A DNA stretch of 64,000 nucleotides from contig OX597817.1 in NCBI GenBank assembly GCA_951406725.2, forward strand, positions 152,520,001 through 152,584,000. The letters are read 5' to 3'. The stretch's first letter is position 1, and every line of letters begins with the position of its first letter. The position numbers and the translations under genes are program-made. Origin of the DNA: Octopus vulgaris. Lineage: Eukaryota. Shown here piece after piece: positions 13,406-27,087 of this stretch. The notes under the pieces were generated by a model. It saw nothing but the letters and a program-made list of their open reading frames with translations. It was not told the DNA's origin and did not search any database.

Positions 13406-13575
13406 CCCACTACACTCATGGAGTGGTTGGCATTAGGAAGGGCATCCAGCCGTAGAAACATTGCCAGATCAGACTGGGCCTGGTGCAGCCTTCTGGCTTC
13501 CCAGACTCCAGTTGAACCAGCCAACCATGCCAGCATGGAAAGCGGACGCTAAACGATGATGATGATGATGATGAT
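13406..13575 (+). mobile_element. RTE LINE 3' tail (ggcattaggaagggcatccagc...aaacgatgatgat)
   Basis: The same tail follows RTE ORF remnants at 20030-20918 and 32670-33704 and ends in (GAT)n. Other copies at ~19615, 29760, 38520, 40365, 57060 (+) and ~56595, 57500 (-). Confidence 0.8.
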
Positions 13576-14173
13576 TAACACTCCAGCTGGTCTTTCTCTT
13601 CATTTATTGTTCATGTTGCCACTAAATCACCAATATCTTAAAACCACAGCTAACTTTTTCCATTCTCTCCCTCCTTGCATTGCCATACTAAAATACCACT
13701 ACCTTAACAGTTCAGCTAATATCTCTGTCCATAATGCTAATCTAAAAAATTAACAATAAAGATTTTATTATATTAGTACAAAGTTACAAATTTGTAGGAA
13801 AGAGACACAGTCAAATGAATCAGCCAAGTATATATCTAGTAGTCATTTAATGGACAACAGGAAGGTGACAGGCAACATTAGCCCTTGTTCTTGAGTTCAG
13901 AACATTTTGTCATTGTCATTATCTTGGTATTTTTGTTGTTGCTGCAATAATATCTGTTAATTATAACTAAAGGGTTCCCTTAAACTGTAAATAAGTTTTG
14001 TTTCTGCCAGCATATAAAGAAGACACTGTAAATGAGATGCTAACTGTCTCAGCCTCTCAGACCTCTTAAAATAGAATGTTAAGTATTCAATCTACAAAAC
14101 TGACTACTTCTTATTATATGCTTATGTATGCATGTATGTGTGTGTGTATGTATGTATGTATGTATGTATGTGT

Positions 14174-14204
<31 letters not shown>

Positions 14205-15424
14205 CATGTATGTATGTATGTATGCATGCATGCATGTATGCATGTAGGTATGTAGGTAGGTATGTATGTATGCATGTATATTTATATAATAGAAAAAGAA
14301 AACAGAGTAACTGATGTTTAGACATCAATTTATTTGAACATATTCAATTTTGTACATCCATGCCCAATTAATTCAATTTCAGGAATTAGATTAATTTAAA
14401 TTAACTTAAATTTTCATATTGAATATCGTTAATTGGGTATTTCTTCAGGGGAAGAATTTGATAAATAAAAGAGCTAGACTCAATGTTGTTGGTTGACTCT
14501 TGATTGACTCAGATATGTGTCTTTTAGCAACCAATGTATTTTAAAAAAATTATTAATGTATGTGTATATGCAAATTTGTTTAATACATCTGTGCGTGTGC
14601 GTATGTAATGTGTTGAAAAACAAAGCAAGAATACCCATTTGTTAGCTTAAATGATACGATTTCTTTAACAGGAGCTAAAAGCATTAATCTTAATTTACCT
14701 TATTACTTATGATAGATCAATGTCAGTAAAGTAATTAATCACCTAAAAAATTTATTATAAGTCACCCGGTTGTATTCTAGAAATTATAGTTAAACAATAG
14801 ATTATTATAATTATTGTTACTATTTATTTAACTTTTAAAATTTTAGTTATGAATATGTAATATATTTTATACACTTGTGTATGCTTGAGCTAAAGTGTTG
14901 AAAGCTATGAAACAATGACGAATCAAGAACTGCTTACTGATTACCATATTTGAATATTACATCATCAATATTTGTGCATAATATATCTATTTATAGTGAG
15001 AATAGATATCAATAATCTGATTAAGGAAAACATAAACGTTAATAAATAAAATAAAATTTAAAAAATTAAAACATTAGATATTAATGAAATTAAAACTCTC
15101 ATTAGATTAATATGTTGTATCTTTAACTTAAATTTATTAGTTATGATATATAAAATATTAATCACATATTCTTGAGATACGTATTTAAATTAAAGTTTTA
15201 GTAAACTATACATAAATAATATTACGTAAATAAAACTTGTAATCATATTTACCATTTAATTTATATTTTAATATTAATACGATATCTACTAAGAATTATT
15301 TAATCTATTTAGTTACAGATGTTAGTATATTACCAGATACCATCTGTACAAGTGAGTAGACAAATGAAAGAAGGGCACTCCACACATTTATTGGGAGTTA
15401 CATGTATGGACACGCACACACACA

Positions 15425-15457
<33 letters not shown>

Positions 15458-15846
15458 TATGTCAGGTCATTTACTCTACTGGTACCATGTAACCCAGTAC
15501 TACCTGTTGCATGGTCAAGTCATTGGCGACTAAACCGGCTCCCCACCAATTCCACTTGGTGTGGCGGGTGTGTATTGGACACCCTGCAGGGCTAAAAACA
15601 AGATCTGTAAAAGGGTGGAAGAACTCTTAAGAGTTAATGGCCATCCAATTATTACATGTACATATGTATATAGTTGGCTGAATTGTAGATGTGTGTTTGG
15701 TATGGTGAACTGTGGGTGAGTATTGGGCATGTGTTTGTGTGTATATATACTTATATATATTTATTTACATTTTTAATTCTTGAATATATGTGTGTATTTG
15801 TGTGTACATGTTTTTTTTTGTTTTTTTTTATCTTTAATGGAACGGA

Positions 15847-15901
<55 letters not shown>

Positions 15902-16589
15902 TTCTTTTATTGTATCTGATTTGTTTGTATTTGTGAATGTAGTTAAAGGGATAGATGGAGCTCCTAGGTTTAACAAAGCCATGGGGAAGGCAATCTGTCT
16001 AGGAGAAGGTAACTCCGAATTCAAATCCTTCACTGCTGTCTTGCAGTTAGCCTTTGGTTGGGCAAAGACTGGGAGAAGGACACTCTGATATAAAACGACT
16101 GGAGAGGTTAAACTCCAGGATAATAAAGCATGCAACCTCCATAATCACCCAGTCATCTTGCTTTGGTTTGTCACTGGATATCAGATTTTGGGGGAGGAGT
16201 GGGTGCTATACATGTCATACAAGTGTGTGGCATTGATATTTAAATGTACAGATATCTCTTCAAGTCCCACGGCGATGGAATAGTGGCTACATGTGCAGGC
16301 TTAATGGGCTAGGAGCACATAGTCATGAATCTGCACGTGGGTGGCTCAGGGCCCATCTAACATTGCTGCATTGTTGAAAGAACAGCAGCATGCTTCGGCG
16401 AGGTCGAGAGCATCAGAGCAGTCCTCTCTACGGTAGCACTGCTCACCCAGAAATCTGGGAAAGGTCTAGAAAAGGTTACCTAAACAAATGTCTTCTACCA
16501 TCAAGCTGGTCAGCAACCTGCAGCTGACGGTTGTTCACAACAGTAGGAGGAATACAAAGAAAAAGATGCAAGCAAGCAATATAGATTAT

Positions 16590-17070
16590 GGGTAGGAGTA
16601 TGGAATGTCAGGACACTTCTTGATCATGAAGGGTCAAGTAACCTTGAATGATGAACTGGCATAAAAGCCAAAGAGTTGGCTTGGTATAATATCGACATTG
16701 CTGCACTCTCTGAAACTCGGTTGAGTGATGAAGATCAGTTGACTGACACAGGTGCCGGAAGGGTAAACCAAAGGGTGAAAAACAAGTAGTGGGTGTTGGC
16801 TTTGCCATTCATACCGAGTTAACCCACAAAGTAGAACAATCTAATGGTTCCAGTGATAGGATTATGTATCTTCGAGCTCCTCTACCATGCAATTGTTTTA
16901 TGACTGTTACTTCTGTTTATGCTCCTACTCTTGATAGCAGCAGTGAATCTATTATGGCTTTCTATGAAGATCACAGATCGGTTATGATTTCGATTCCAAA
17001 TGCAGATAAGATCCTCTTTCTTGGCGATTTCAATGCCTGTATTGGATGTGACTATGAGACCTGGGATGTT
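16590..17070 (+). pseudogene. Decayed RTE LINE AP-endonuclease domain
   Basis: WNVRTL, DIAAL-ETR, GVGFAI, DRIM, SVYAPT and LGDFNA motifs with stops and frameshifts. Probable RTE 5' UTR remnants upstream (~15940-16560). Confidence 0.85.
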
Positions 17071-17910
17071 CAGTTATTGTTTTCTTAGATGAGTGCTTCT
17101 GATGTGATTTTCAAAGTCCATGTCTTTTCTGTTCAAATTTTAAAAAATTTCTATTCACTGTTACTGCTCTCCTATATGGGTTGCTTTTACTGCAGCTTGT
17201 GAAGTGTGTGTGTGTATGTGTGCGCACGCTGAATTTCGTTCAGAGTTTGTCGGAGTGCCTTCATTATGGTTGTGCAGCCATATTTCAAACTACTCTAGTC
17301 AAAATTACACACACAGTCACATAAAAACTGCCTTACTGTCAAAAGTTGTCAGGATAGTAAGAGTAATTACAGCTGGTCATAATAGATAAATAAATAATTA
17401 TTGTCTCATCTCAATTTTAATTCCATGTCTCATGTTGCCATCCATAATAACCTGTGATATCACCAATTATCACAGTGAATTCCACAGATTTCATAAATAG
17501 AGAAATAATCCAACATAATGTAATTATATTGTAATGTGTAATATCTTCTAATAAGTACTCCTAACTATTTCTCTTAGTAATAACTGTGTGATTTGTTTAT
17601 TTGTATTTATTTCCTAGTCAGAAGAGGAAAAAGAGTGGCCATGACTCTCTTCAGAGCATCTGCAACCAGTGGGAGGGAATTAATCTTAGGCTAAAGACTC
17701 TCTCCAAATGATTGCACCTGTGGTTACTTGGTGGTGTTAAACTAGGAAATAGAAGTTTGCCCCACCTTTTTACAAAGCCCATATGGATCTGTTACATTTG
17801 TTGTAAATTGAAAGTCCCTGAGTGCAAGCACCCTGAGAGAAATGTTGGACACATAAGAAGCATCGGATGTGGTGTGCAAGAGAGATGTTTGCGCTGGTAT
17901 GGTCATGTAC

Positions 17911-19176
17911 TTGTTATTCAGTGGTATCAATGGTATCAGTACAAACTGATTCTAAATCGTCTTGTTCTTTTTGTTGAACCTTTGCTCCAAAAGAACCAAA
18001 ATGGATTCAGACATGGGCACTCAACGCTGAGCCAGATACTATGCCTACGCAGACTTATTGAAGAATCAAAAGCATTTAATCGCGATCTTGCAATGGTGTT
18101 TGTGGACTTTTCTAAAGCGTTCGACTTTGTAGATAGATACAAGATGTTTGAAATCCTTAAGCTCTATGGGATACCAGACAAAATCATTTCTGCCATCAAG
18201 GTCCTCTACACAGATATGTCTTCAACCATCTTAACCCCTGACGGAGAAACATCATCTTTCTCAATCAAAGCCAGAATACTGCAGGCAGACACACTCGCCC
18301 CATTTCTCTTCATCATTGTCATTGACTATGTGCTACGTATGTCAGTTGATACCATTTCTGGCAAGGGCTTTGAAATAAAACCTAGAAGAAGTTCCTGACA
18401 CCCAGCTGAATACTTGGCAGACACTGACTTTGCTGACGACATCGCTCTTATCAGTTATTCTTTCTCCAATGCCCAGTCTCTTTTACAATCTCTCAAACAA
18501 GCCTCAAATTGTGTAGGTCTTTACTTCAATGAGGCCAAGACTGAATATATAAACAAGTGCCTGTCCAACAGTGATTGCATCATCCATACTCCCAACAATG
18601 TGCCCTTAAATATGGTTTCTGATTACAAATATCTTGGGTCATACATATCATCATCTGGAAAAGATTTTCTAACTGGTCAGGTATAGCCTGGTCAGCCTGT
18701 AATGAGATCTGGTCATCAAATCTAAGTAGAGACTTCAAACTTGAAATCTTCAAAGCCACAGTCGAACCAATTCTACTATATGGCTCAGAAACCTGGACGT
18801 TATCAAAGAAGCTTGAGAGGCGGTTGGATGGAACCTACACTCGCCTCCTTATGAGAGCTCAAAATCTCTCGTGGAAGTGTCATCCAACCAAAATGCAAAT
18901 ATATGGGAAACTACCACCTGTGTCATCTCTTGTGAAGGGTAGGAGAGTCCAGTTTGCTGGACATTGTTGTAGAGCTGAAAATGAGGCAATTTCTACTCTT
19001 CTCCTCTGGAAGCCATCTACTCGCAATACCAGAGGGCGCACACTCTCCTACCCTGATGTAATCTCCAGGGATACAGGCATCCAGCAACAGGACCTCTGTA
19101 ATGCTATGATGGACCGTGAAGTCTGGCGTAGCATGGTAAATTCCATTGTCTCGACCACAGTTGAACAATGATGATG
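17911..19176 (+). mobile_element. 5'-truncated RTE-clade LINE (family A), reverse transcriptase + C-terminus
   Basis: QNGFR, FVDFSKAFD, LQxDTLAPFLF, DFADDIAL, YKYLGS and LLYGSETW motifs; internal stop at 18396 and frameshifts; (TGA)n tail. 12-bp direct repeat atggtcatgtac at 17899-17910 and 19177-19188 fits a TSD. Confidence 0.93.
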
Positions 19177-19188
19177 ATGGTCATGTAC

Positions 19189-19780
19189 CTTCGAACGTTG
19201 GGCCTCAGAGGCAATGACGAAAAACCAAGACCTCTGGAGTTATGCTGTGACTGCGAAGACCCGACAAATAACGTGAGTTCATGGCTGTTTCCTGCACCAA
19301 CTTCACATAACCAGCTCCAGCCTATCCAAAGTACCTTGGATCACAGGGTGGCCTGTGCTTACCTTGGATCATAGCACGACCTGCTGTACTTGAGGAGACA
19401 TATTGAGTCAAGTCCATCAACATCAAAATAAAAATCAAATGGAAATTGTAGTTGAGATACCCGTGCCAGTGGTATGTAAAAAGCACCATCCGAACATGGC
19501 TGATGCCAGCGCTGCCTTGACTGGCTTCTGTGCCGGTGACACATAAAAAGCACCAACCGATCATGGCCATTACCAGGCTCCCCTGGCCCTTGTGCCGATG
19601 GCACGTAGAAAGCACCCACTACACTCTTGGAGTGGTTGGCGTTAGGAAGGGCATCCAGCTGTAGAAAAACTGCCAGATCAGACTGAAGTCTGGTGCAGCC
19701 TCCTGGCTTCCCAAACCCCGGTCGAACCGTCCAACCCATGCTAGCATGGAAAATGGACGTTAAACGATGATGATGATGAT
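19189..19780 (+). mobile_element. RTE family B 3' end (ORF end + 3' UTR with 3 motif copies + (GAT)n)
   Basis: Starts LRTLGL, like the ORF end at ~33220, then three gtgccrgtggcacgtaaaaagcacc-type motifs and the shared tail. Confidence 0.75.
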
Positions 19781-20029
19781 TACAATGCACTACAGAATTG
19801 ATCTATACGTATACTCTCTAGTTGTATTCACCAAACCATACTAGTCAGTTAACTTTTAGCAACAGAAGCACTCATACAATTGACTAGAACTGGTATATTA
19901 TTTATAATAAATCTGCACTGAACAAGCAAAACATAGCACCAATTGAACTTTGCACACACAAATACATGGGTGTGTATCATATGTATTTGTATGTGTGTAT
20001 GCATGTATGTAGGGGGGATCATTAGAAGT

Positions 20030-20918
20030 AGTAGATAGCTTTTGTTACCTAGGGAACCAAGTTACCAGTGGAGGAGGAGGAAGTTCTGAAAGTGTGGTTG
20101 CTAGAATAAGAATGGGCTGGACAAAGTTCAGAGAGCTTCTGCCTTTGTTGGTAACTAAGGGCCTCTCCCACAGAGTGAAAGGCAGATTGTATGATACCTG
20201 TGTACATACAGCTATGTTACGTGGCACTGAAACATGGACTTTGGCTACAAAAAACTTGTGAAGGCTTGAAAGAAATAAAGCTCGCATGCTCCACTGGATG
20301 GGTAATATCAATGTGGATGCACGACAGAGTGTAAATGATTTAAGTAGAAGACTGGATATAAGAGGCATCAGAGGTTGTGTGCATGAGGGAAGACTGTGCT
20401 CGTTTGGTCATGTGATGCATATGGATTAGGACAGATGTGTAAAGAAGTGCTGAGCTCTAATTGTGGAGGGTAGACCCAGGGAGACGTGGGGTGAAGTGAT
20501 GAGAAAGGTTCTTCAGATGCTGGGCCTCACTAAGCAAATGACAAGAGGCTGGAAGATGTGGTGATATGCTGTACTTGAAAAGATGCATCAAGCTAAGTAA
20601 AATGGCTGTCTTCCATACTTATAGGCTTATCCCCTCAGGTACTGGTGTCACATAAAAAGTACCCATGCTGGTGCTGCATAAATGCACCTTTACCAGTGCC
20701 ATGTAAACACATCCATGCCAGTGGCGTGTAGAAAACACCCAGCACACTCTGTTAAGTGGTTGGCGTTAGGAAGGGCATCCAGCTGTAGAAACCATGCCAC
20801 AACAGACAATTGGATTTTGGATAGCTCCCCAGCTGGCCAACTCCATGTCAAACTGTCCAACCCATGCCAGCATGGAAAACAATCGTTAAATGATGATGAA
20901 GATGATGATGATGATGAT
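20030..20918 (+). mobile_element. Decayed RTE family B 3' fragment
   Basis: YLGNQV...ARIRMGWTKFRELLPLL...KGRLYDTCVHTAMLRGTETW, GHV and GRPR motifs, then the shared tail and (GAT)n. A further fragment lies at ~21400-21750. Confidence 0.85.
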
Positions 20919-21078
20919 ATATATATATATATATATATGACACAGGCATGACTGCATCTCAGCCATGTGTTTTTTGGGCACAGTGCCATTGTGAAACACT
21001 TTGGGCAAGTGTCTTCTACTATAGCCACAGGCTGACCAAAGTCTTAGCAATAGATTTGCTAGATAGAAACTGAAGGAA

Positions 21079-21116
<38 letters not shown>

Positions 21117-24100
21117 ATACATGCATATATGTATGTATTTGTGTGTATTCTTGTTTTGGCATCATGTGAAAGCTGTGAACAAGTATCACCATCATAAGTG
21201 ATATTGTTCACTTCCAGTCTTCTGTGAAGTACATGTCTGGCTATATGAGAAAATATGACCTTGCTTAGAAACAGGTTTTTAGTTGGTGACAAAACCAGTG
21301 TCTGGCCCATAAAAGTCTGCCTCCACAAATTCTGTCTGATCTATGCAAGCACAAGATAGAGTGAGAGATAGATTGTTTGATGTATGTTTATAAACTTCAA
21401 TGCTGCATGATACTGAATGAAATGTGGTCACTGAATGCAGAGGACAGAAGATGCGTGATGGTTGGAAAGAAATTAGGTGAACAGATTCCCTGGATGTGCT
21501 ATGTTACAGTCTATGAATGAGGAAGCATAGAAGAACTAAGAGAAAAATTAGATATAAGTGGAATCTATGGTAGTATGCTAGAGTGACAGTTATGCTTGTA
21601 TGGACATGTAATGCATTTAGATGATGGTCAGTGAAAAAGTGCCAGGAGAATAATGTGAAGAATCCAGTGGAAGAAGACCAAGGAAGACATTGGCAGAAAT
21701 GATGAAGCCTGCTCTCAAGAGGCTGAACCTCACAAAGAAGATGGAGTAGTGCAGCTGTCTTCTTTTACCAAAATGTTAGGCCAGATCTAAGGAACACTCG
21801 TCTGTCTCTTTAACAGACCCATTTCAAGCTGCCTTCCATCTTTGTTTCATTTTGCATCTATGTTCTCTCTTCATCTGAAATTTCATATGTAAACCTCTTG
21901 TTAGACACCCCCACCCCACATCATTACTATCATGAACTGCCTCTAACCTCTGACTCATCCTCAAACTATGTTCCTTTTGTAAGGTAAACCTCTTCCACCA
22001 TTATCATCATCACACTCTGCCCCTAAACTTGACTTTAAACTATGCTCTTTCTACCTCTGTTATACTGTAAGTACGACTCCCTCTGATTCTCTGTCTTCGT
22101 ATTCTATATCCCCCATCATCCATCATACTTAATTTTTACTCACATCTTTATTATTGTCTCAATTAATCACCAAATTGTCTTCTCTCTCATATTCACTTCC
22201 TGCTCATGTCTTCTGAGTTATTTGAATCTGTATTCTACCAGTCCAGAACAGCAACTACAGGGCAACTACTCCTGGAGTTTCGCCCCATCTAAATAATTAA
22301 CAATAATCATATACAAAATTGTATCCAAAATTACTTGACATTTGTAGTTATTCATAATTCTTTTATTGCAATGACGATGTCCATCTCAGTCAAGTACTGA
22401 ATTGTATCCTTTACAATATCCAAAATCTTAGTCTTACAGTCCTTAGTTCAAATCTCACCTGACACAATTTAACTATTCATTATTTAAGGGGTTTAGAAGG
22501 ATCCTTTTCAGAAAATTTCTATTATTGAGTCTTATTTTATTTAGTACTCAGTAGCTATGAATGGCATTGATAATTATGGTATTTGAAGGCAAGACAAATA
22601 TATAATAAATATGCAAATAATTTGACTTGTCCAAGTTTGAAAGTTAGTACATACAACAAGCAATATACCTATCCTAGGGTCATATCATAACGGCAATCTT
22701 ATGGTTTCAGTTGGTGTCCTCTTAGTTAGTATTTCAGTATACATCTAGAATAAAGTATTTGTTTGAAGAAAACCAATTGGCTCAATACTTCAAAGCTGTC
22801 ATCGTTTTGGCAAACAGCTGTTGTTAGTAACTCTAAACCTCTCTTAAGTAGGATTTTCTTCACACTACTTAAGTGTTTCACTAGCATTTTTCACTTGATT
22901 CAACTAAGCTTAAAATGCAAGTACTTATACTTTAACTTTTGTTGTTTATGCTTTCAGTTTGGTTTCTGTTATATATGCCTTAAACTCTATATCTTCTCAT
23001 GTTAATGAGACTGTAAAAGACAGGAGGCGGGATTTTCAGGATAACTTGATCTGCTTAATATGTCAGTTTAAATTTTCTGCAGTATTATGACATGCCATCA
23101 TAAAATTAGACTACATGTTTTAAGACCTATATTTTAAGACAACATGTTGACAATAAAGACAAGATGATGATAACTACATGCACTAGGTATATGTTTTGTT
23201 TGATTGGTTAACTACTCAAGAGCTTACTGGGTGTATACAAGACCAGTAGCTGCTTAGGAAAGTTGAGAAAACACTCCTGACTCAGGTTGGGTATCCCTAG
23301 GCTGATAATATTTATGTGGTTTTTGTTCAGCTTGACCTTCTGCTGAATGATGCCTCTAGGGATAAAACAAGAAAAGATGATATTAAGAAGAGCTGCAGCT
23401 CTGATAGAGGAATGATTGAAAAAAGTAATTAGTGTGATATTTATGGTAAAACACAGTAGGACTGATGATGAAAGATGGAGCTAGGTTAATCAGCATGTAA
23501 ACTTTGGTGAAACAGAGATTGTTGTTAATGGTAGTGGTGAAAAAGACAGAGAGAAGATACATATAACACATCTAGGAATCAGTGGTTATTGAGTTGATGA
23601 ATCATTGTCAAGCTGCCAAATGGCCATTTATTTTTTTGAGATTTGGTTCGAGATACTTGCGTGTGTGTGTTTGTGTGTGTGTGTGTGTGTGTGCGTGTGT
23701 GCGTGTGTGTGTGTGCACGTGTGCATGTGTGTGTGCATGTGTGTTACATTATTGTCATCTCATAAGGAGTGAGCAGTACTCCAGTGTAAGTGGCTAACGT
23801 AGTTTATATAAGGTCAGCAACTGACGCTTTATTTTATGTTCTCCAAAGAAGAAGCCTGGACTTTGGAATGTAAATTTGACAATATTATAGGTATGTGGTT
23901 GACAGGAGAGATATTCACATATTGTAAGGCTTAGGATTTCTAGAAACTTTTAAGACATTAGCTGTATGTTATTTATCTATAAACAGGATGTTTCATTGAC
24001 AAATGTAGCAATTATATTTTTGCACTGTTGAAAGTGACTAAATTGTCATGGCTTCATTGAACAATATTCCAAGGTCTCTGTAGTACTTTTCTTTTTATGG

Positions 24101-26492
24101 AGTTTTCAGTGTTGTGTGAACCTGTGTGCAAAATGTTATGGTTGAGTGAAGAGTGTTTTTGGCTGCCTAGGTGTGAAAGTAAATATGTCAGTAATGTAAA
24201 GAAGGAAGAATGTAGGAGACATAAATAAAGTTTAGGGTACACCAGAATTGAAAGACTGTAGTGTAGAGAGCCCTGAATTAAATATGATTCGATTGTTATC
24301 AAAATCACTTGATTATTATTTTCCATGTAAATGGTATCTCTGCCTTATTTATTATCTAAACAACCTCAGTTTTCTACATCAACTAGTGTATACAAATTGT
24401 AACCTTATGTATATATTAATCTTCTTGCTATTTTGGCTAGTGCAGTGAAGTTTATGCTTTACTGAAGAGGCTATATTAAGATTGAAACATGTTTGAAGTT
24501 GTCTCTGAATGTGACAAAAAATAGTCAAGATAATTTTTGTCAGAGACTAATATTGTTTTTTTACCTACTGCATAATTATTTCTACTTACTTTTTTAATGC
24601 TTCCTGAATTTAATTTGTTAATACTTTGTACTTTGTAGGAATTTGACAACAAGAAATATTTCTTACCTCTACCATTGACAAATTAACTGAACTGGGATAC
24701 TTGATTGTTTAGAAGATACTATTAATGTTAAGGTGGTTAGTACGCAGAGAGAAAGAGAGAGAAAAAAAAATCTGTTATCTCTTTCATCCACAAGAGTGGA
24801 TACATGCCAGCCTGGTATAACTGTGGGGGAGACAGAAAATGACTTGAATCTTTTTCTTTGCCTCCAGATGCAGTTTCTTCATAGTGAAGTACTATAATAT
24901 CAGAGTGTACTCTCAACCATTTCAAATAATTGTCAATATGCTAGTATTTATTAAATCAGTGAGCTGGCAGATTTGTTAGCATGCCAGGCGAAAAGCTTAG
25001 CAGCATTTTGTCCATTTTTACATTCTGAGTTCAAATTCCACTGAGGCCAACTTTACTTTTCATTTTTTTGGGGGTCAATAAAATAAGTACCAGTCGAGTA
25101 CTGGGGTTGATGTAATCAACTTACCTCCTCCCCCGCAGAGCAAAATTCTGCTATGTAAAAATTCTGCAATTTCATTGGAGCATAAAATTCTGAAAAATTA
25201 AGCTTTTAGCATAAATTATTTTGCTGACTCAATATATATTTCTACTATCAAATAACAACTTTGAGCCTTAAAAGAATTACTTTTTTCTACCACTAGACCT
25301 ACTGTGCCCCAAACTTGCTGGCTTTGTGCCAAAATTTGAAACTACTGTACTGGTATTTATTATTGGTTAATGTTCTGCTGTAAAACAGGACTGCTAGGTT
25401 ACCCCTTGTGAAGGTGCATGGCTCAGTAGTTAGAGCATTGGGCTTACAATCATGAGGTAGTGAGTTTGGTTCCCCAACCAGGCTGTGTGTTGTGCTCTTA
25501 AGCAAGTTACTTTATTTCATGTTGCTTCAGTTTACTCATCTGTAGAAATGAGTTGTGACATCACTGGTGCCAAGTTATATCAGCCTTTGTCTTTCCCTTG
25601 GATAACATAGGTGGCATGGAGAGGGGAGGCTAGTATGTATGGGCAACTGCTGGTCTTCCATAAACAACCTTGCCCGGACTTGTGCCACAGAGGATAACTT
25701 ACTAGGTGCAATCCTATGGTCAGTCATGACCGAAGGGGATCTTTACCCTAGGTTTCACCTCACACATGGCTTAACTGCCACAATACACACTATACTTGTT
25801 CTGGCTACCACACTACAACCTACATAGTATATCTTTACTGAGCTTTATCTATAGCAGATAATATATATATATACTACAACATTTAATTACACAACAACCA
25901 GACTAGCAAAACAATATTAAAGTGTATATTGTACAGGTTGTTGTGTGATAGCCAGGGCTAATGCCTGTGATAAAATATAGTAATGAAAACATGTTGCATG
26001 TTGTGTAATTTGGTAGTTAGGACTTGTTGCGCATGATGTAGTACAGTTGTCCGACGTGGTATCTAGCATAACAAGCAGGACATTGTATGGTGTAATTATG
26101 GTTGTCAAGACATGTAATTTGACAGAGTGTAGTGTGGCAGTCAGAACATGTAGTGTGAGTGTCAGGAGTTGGTGTATAATGTGACAGTCAGGTGATAGTG
26201 CAGAAGGCAGGGTATTTGTTGTTGGTAGTGTGATAATTAAGTGGTGTGTTGTGTGACAGTCAAAGTATATTATGTAATGGGTTATGTATGGTGTTATGTG
26301 GCAATTAGGACATATTGTGTGAACTGATGTGTGACTGTCAGGACATGTTAATTCTATCTTTCTCTATAAATATTTTCACATGTTAATCTGATATCAGTTT
26401 CTTTCCCCTTGAGCTATCTTCTCATCTTTTCTTCATCTTGATTATTTGAATTATCTTCATATTTTTTCCTTTCTTTTTTTTCTTCTACCTAG

Positions 26493-26625
26493 GTACTGTC
26501 TTGGTCAAGTGTTACACAGCCTCGGTCAGTATGAGGCTGCAAGTGACTGTCTCCAATTTGCTATGGACTTAGAAGCTAACAGTCCTATCATTCCATTCAC
26601 TGTCATTCCACGCCTGTTGCACTGA
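26493..26625 (+). CDS. TTC7B: TTC7/TTC7B-like, last coding exon with stop codon
   Basis: Long pyrimidine tract + cctag acceptor; the first G completes the split TGG. Translates YCLGQVLHSLGQYEAASDCLQFAMDLEANSPIIPFTVIPRLLH* (TGA 26623-26625), matching the family terminus LEASSPxxPFxIIPRxL. Confidence 0.93.
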
Positions 26626-26823
26626 CTGGTATGTTACCGAGAAATGTTGAAATGAAATGTCATGCTTGTTCAGAAGGATCAGCTAGTTTCCTGCTGCCTG
26701 TGTCTCCTCTCCACCCTACTGCTGCTTACCACAGAAGTAAATCACGATCTAGACACCAAACCAGCCACCACACAAACAAACAGACAGACAATCTACCCCA
26801 GCTAACCAGCCTGTTCAGATGCC

Positions 26824-26913
26824 AATAAAGTGGATGGCTGGGTAGGTAGACAGCTACAGGGAATGCAGTTAATGTGCTACTTGTTTAGTATGTCAAGTGA
26901 AGTTAACAATAAA
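26824..26913 (+). terminator. Candidate polyadenylation signals of the TTC7 gene
   Basis: AATAAA at 26824-26829 and 26908-26913, 200-290 nt after the stop. Actual use cannot be seen from sequence. Confidence 0.4.
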
Positions 26914-27087
26914 GTATTCACTGGTATCTATCACCATCCAGCAGGTGTAAAACCATAGCAGCGAAGATGAATAGTTCCACACAACATGCATCATAAGAAT
27001 GGCTGCCTGCTTGGATATGTGTGTTTTTGCTGTGCACGACGACAACAGAGGGTGTTATTTTTTTGTACATTTTAACAGCAATTCAAA

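Noticed and set aside
15520-15610. Possible HDV-like ribozyme in a putative RTE 5' region
   Set aside because: A small hairpin is present, but I could not find the P1/P2 pairings needed for the nested double pseudoknot.
24639-24678. Cryptic alternative last exon after ctttgtag
   Set aside because: It would give a 13-codon non-conserved end that removes the conserved TTC7 terminus; the only support is an AG.
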